A DNA stretch of 64,000 bases, from NCBI RefSeq assembly GCF_001194135.2, contig NC_068981.1, positions 199,205,348 through 199,269,347 of the forward strand. The letters are read 5' to 3'. Each line of letters begins with the position of its first letter. Position 1 is the stretch's first letter. Of the stretch, positions 63,581-64,000 are shown one piece after another. Both the position numbers and the translations under genes were made by a program. Under the pieces are notes generated by a model that did no database searches, was not told where the DNA came from, and saw only the letters and a program-made list of their open reading frames with translations. The stretch comes from Octopus bimaculoides (Eukaryota).

Positions 63581-64000
63581 AAAGAAGACTTCAGCAAATG
63601 GCTGTCTCTGTTGGGAACTCAGAGTTCCTCAAGAGAAACTGAATGAAAGAAGGTATTGTTGCTTAACCGTGAGTCAACCCCTGTCAAACAAGCCAATGAT
63701 CAAATGCATGCCAGCCAAGACCATCCTGTCAATTTAGGGGTATGTAGATACGACCCTATTATATCATGTCTTGTCTTTACATAACAGTGTAGAATTTGAT
63801 TTGAGGGAGATTCGACTGCTATTTCCAGCAGATTGAATGACCACATAGAAGCTTCTTCATTGGCTTGCATTAGAAGTAAAATTTTACATGGTAGTGCAAC
63901 ATGGAGACTGAATGTGGGATTATGTGATAAAGTTGGGTAGAGGTGAGGTACATGTTATGTTTGAGGAGTGAAAGAACATGAAAGATATGAATGTCAGAGG

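Overview
This is AT-rich eukaryotic DNA dominated by repeats. The repeat set resembles Octopus/cephalopod genomes (inference from recalled repeat families; species not provable). It includes (GAT)n-tailed RTE LINE ends, tRNA-derived SINEs and dense TA/CA/CATA/TCTG microsatellites. There are two assembly gaps: 10846-11551 and 10 N at about 34693-34702. I found no complete host protein-coding gene, and every recognisable ORF is a broken transposon remnant. These remnants are many RTE LINE copies, two R4/Dong-like restriction-like-endonuclease (RLE) retrotransposon families, Penelope elements, one near-full-length CR1/L2-group LINE, mariner and Tc1 DNA transposons, and a Gypsy gag plus LTR. Five observations stand out. 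(1) One RLE family has every visible 3' UTR end in a (CATA)n microsatellite. (2) A single Penelope element is split by a LINE and by a mariner with a one-ended deletion. (3) A CpG-containing promoter-like island near 46.8 kb has an NRF1-type palindrome, a TCT-type initiator and a pre-miRNA-like hairpin 200 nt downstream. (4) Closely spaced inverted repeats could form dsRNA. (5) Vestiges of Penelope-type dimeric hammerhead ribozymes are present. Several splice-site-bounded exon candidates are listed at low confidence. Coordinates of decayed repeats are approximate.
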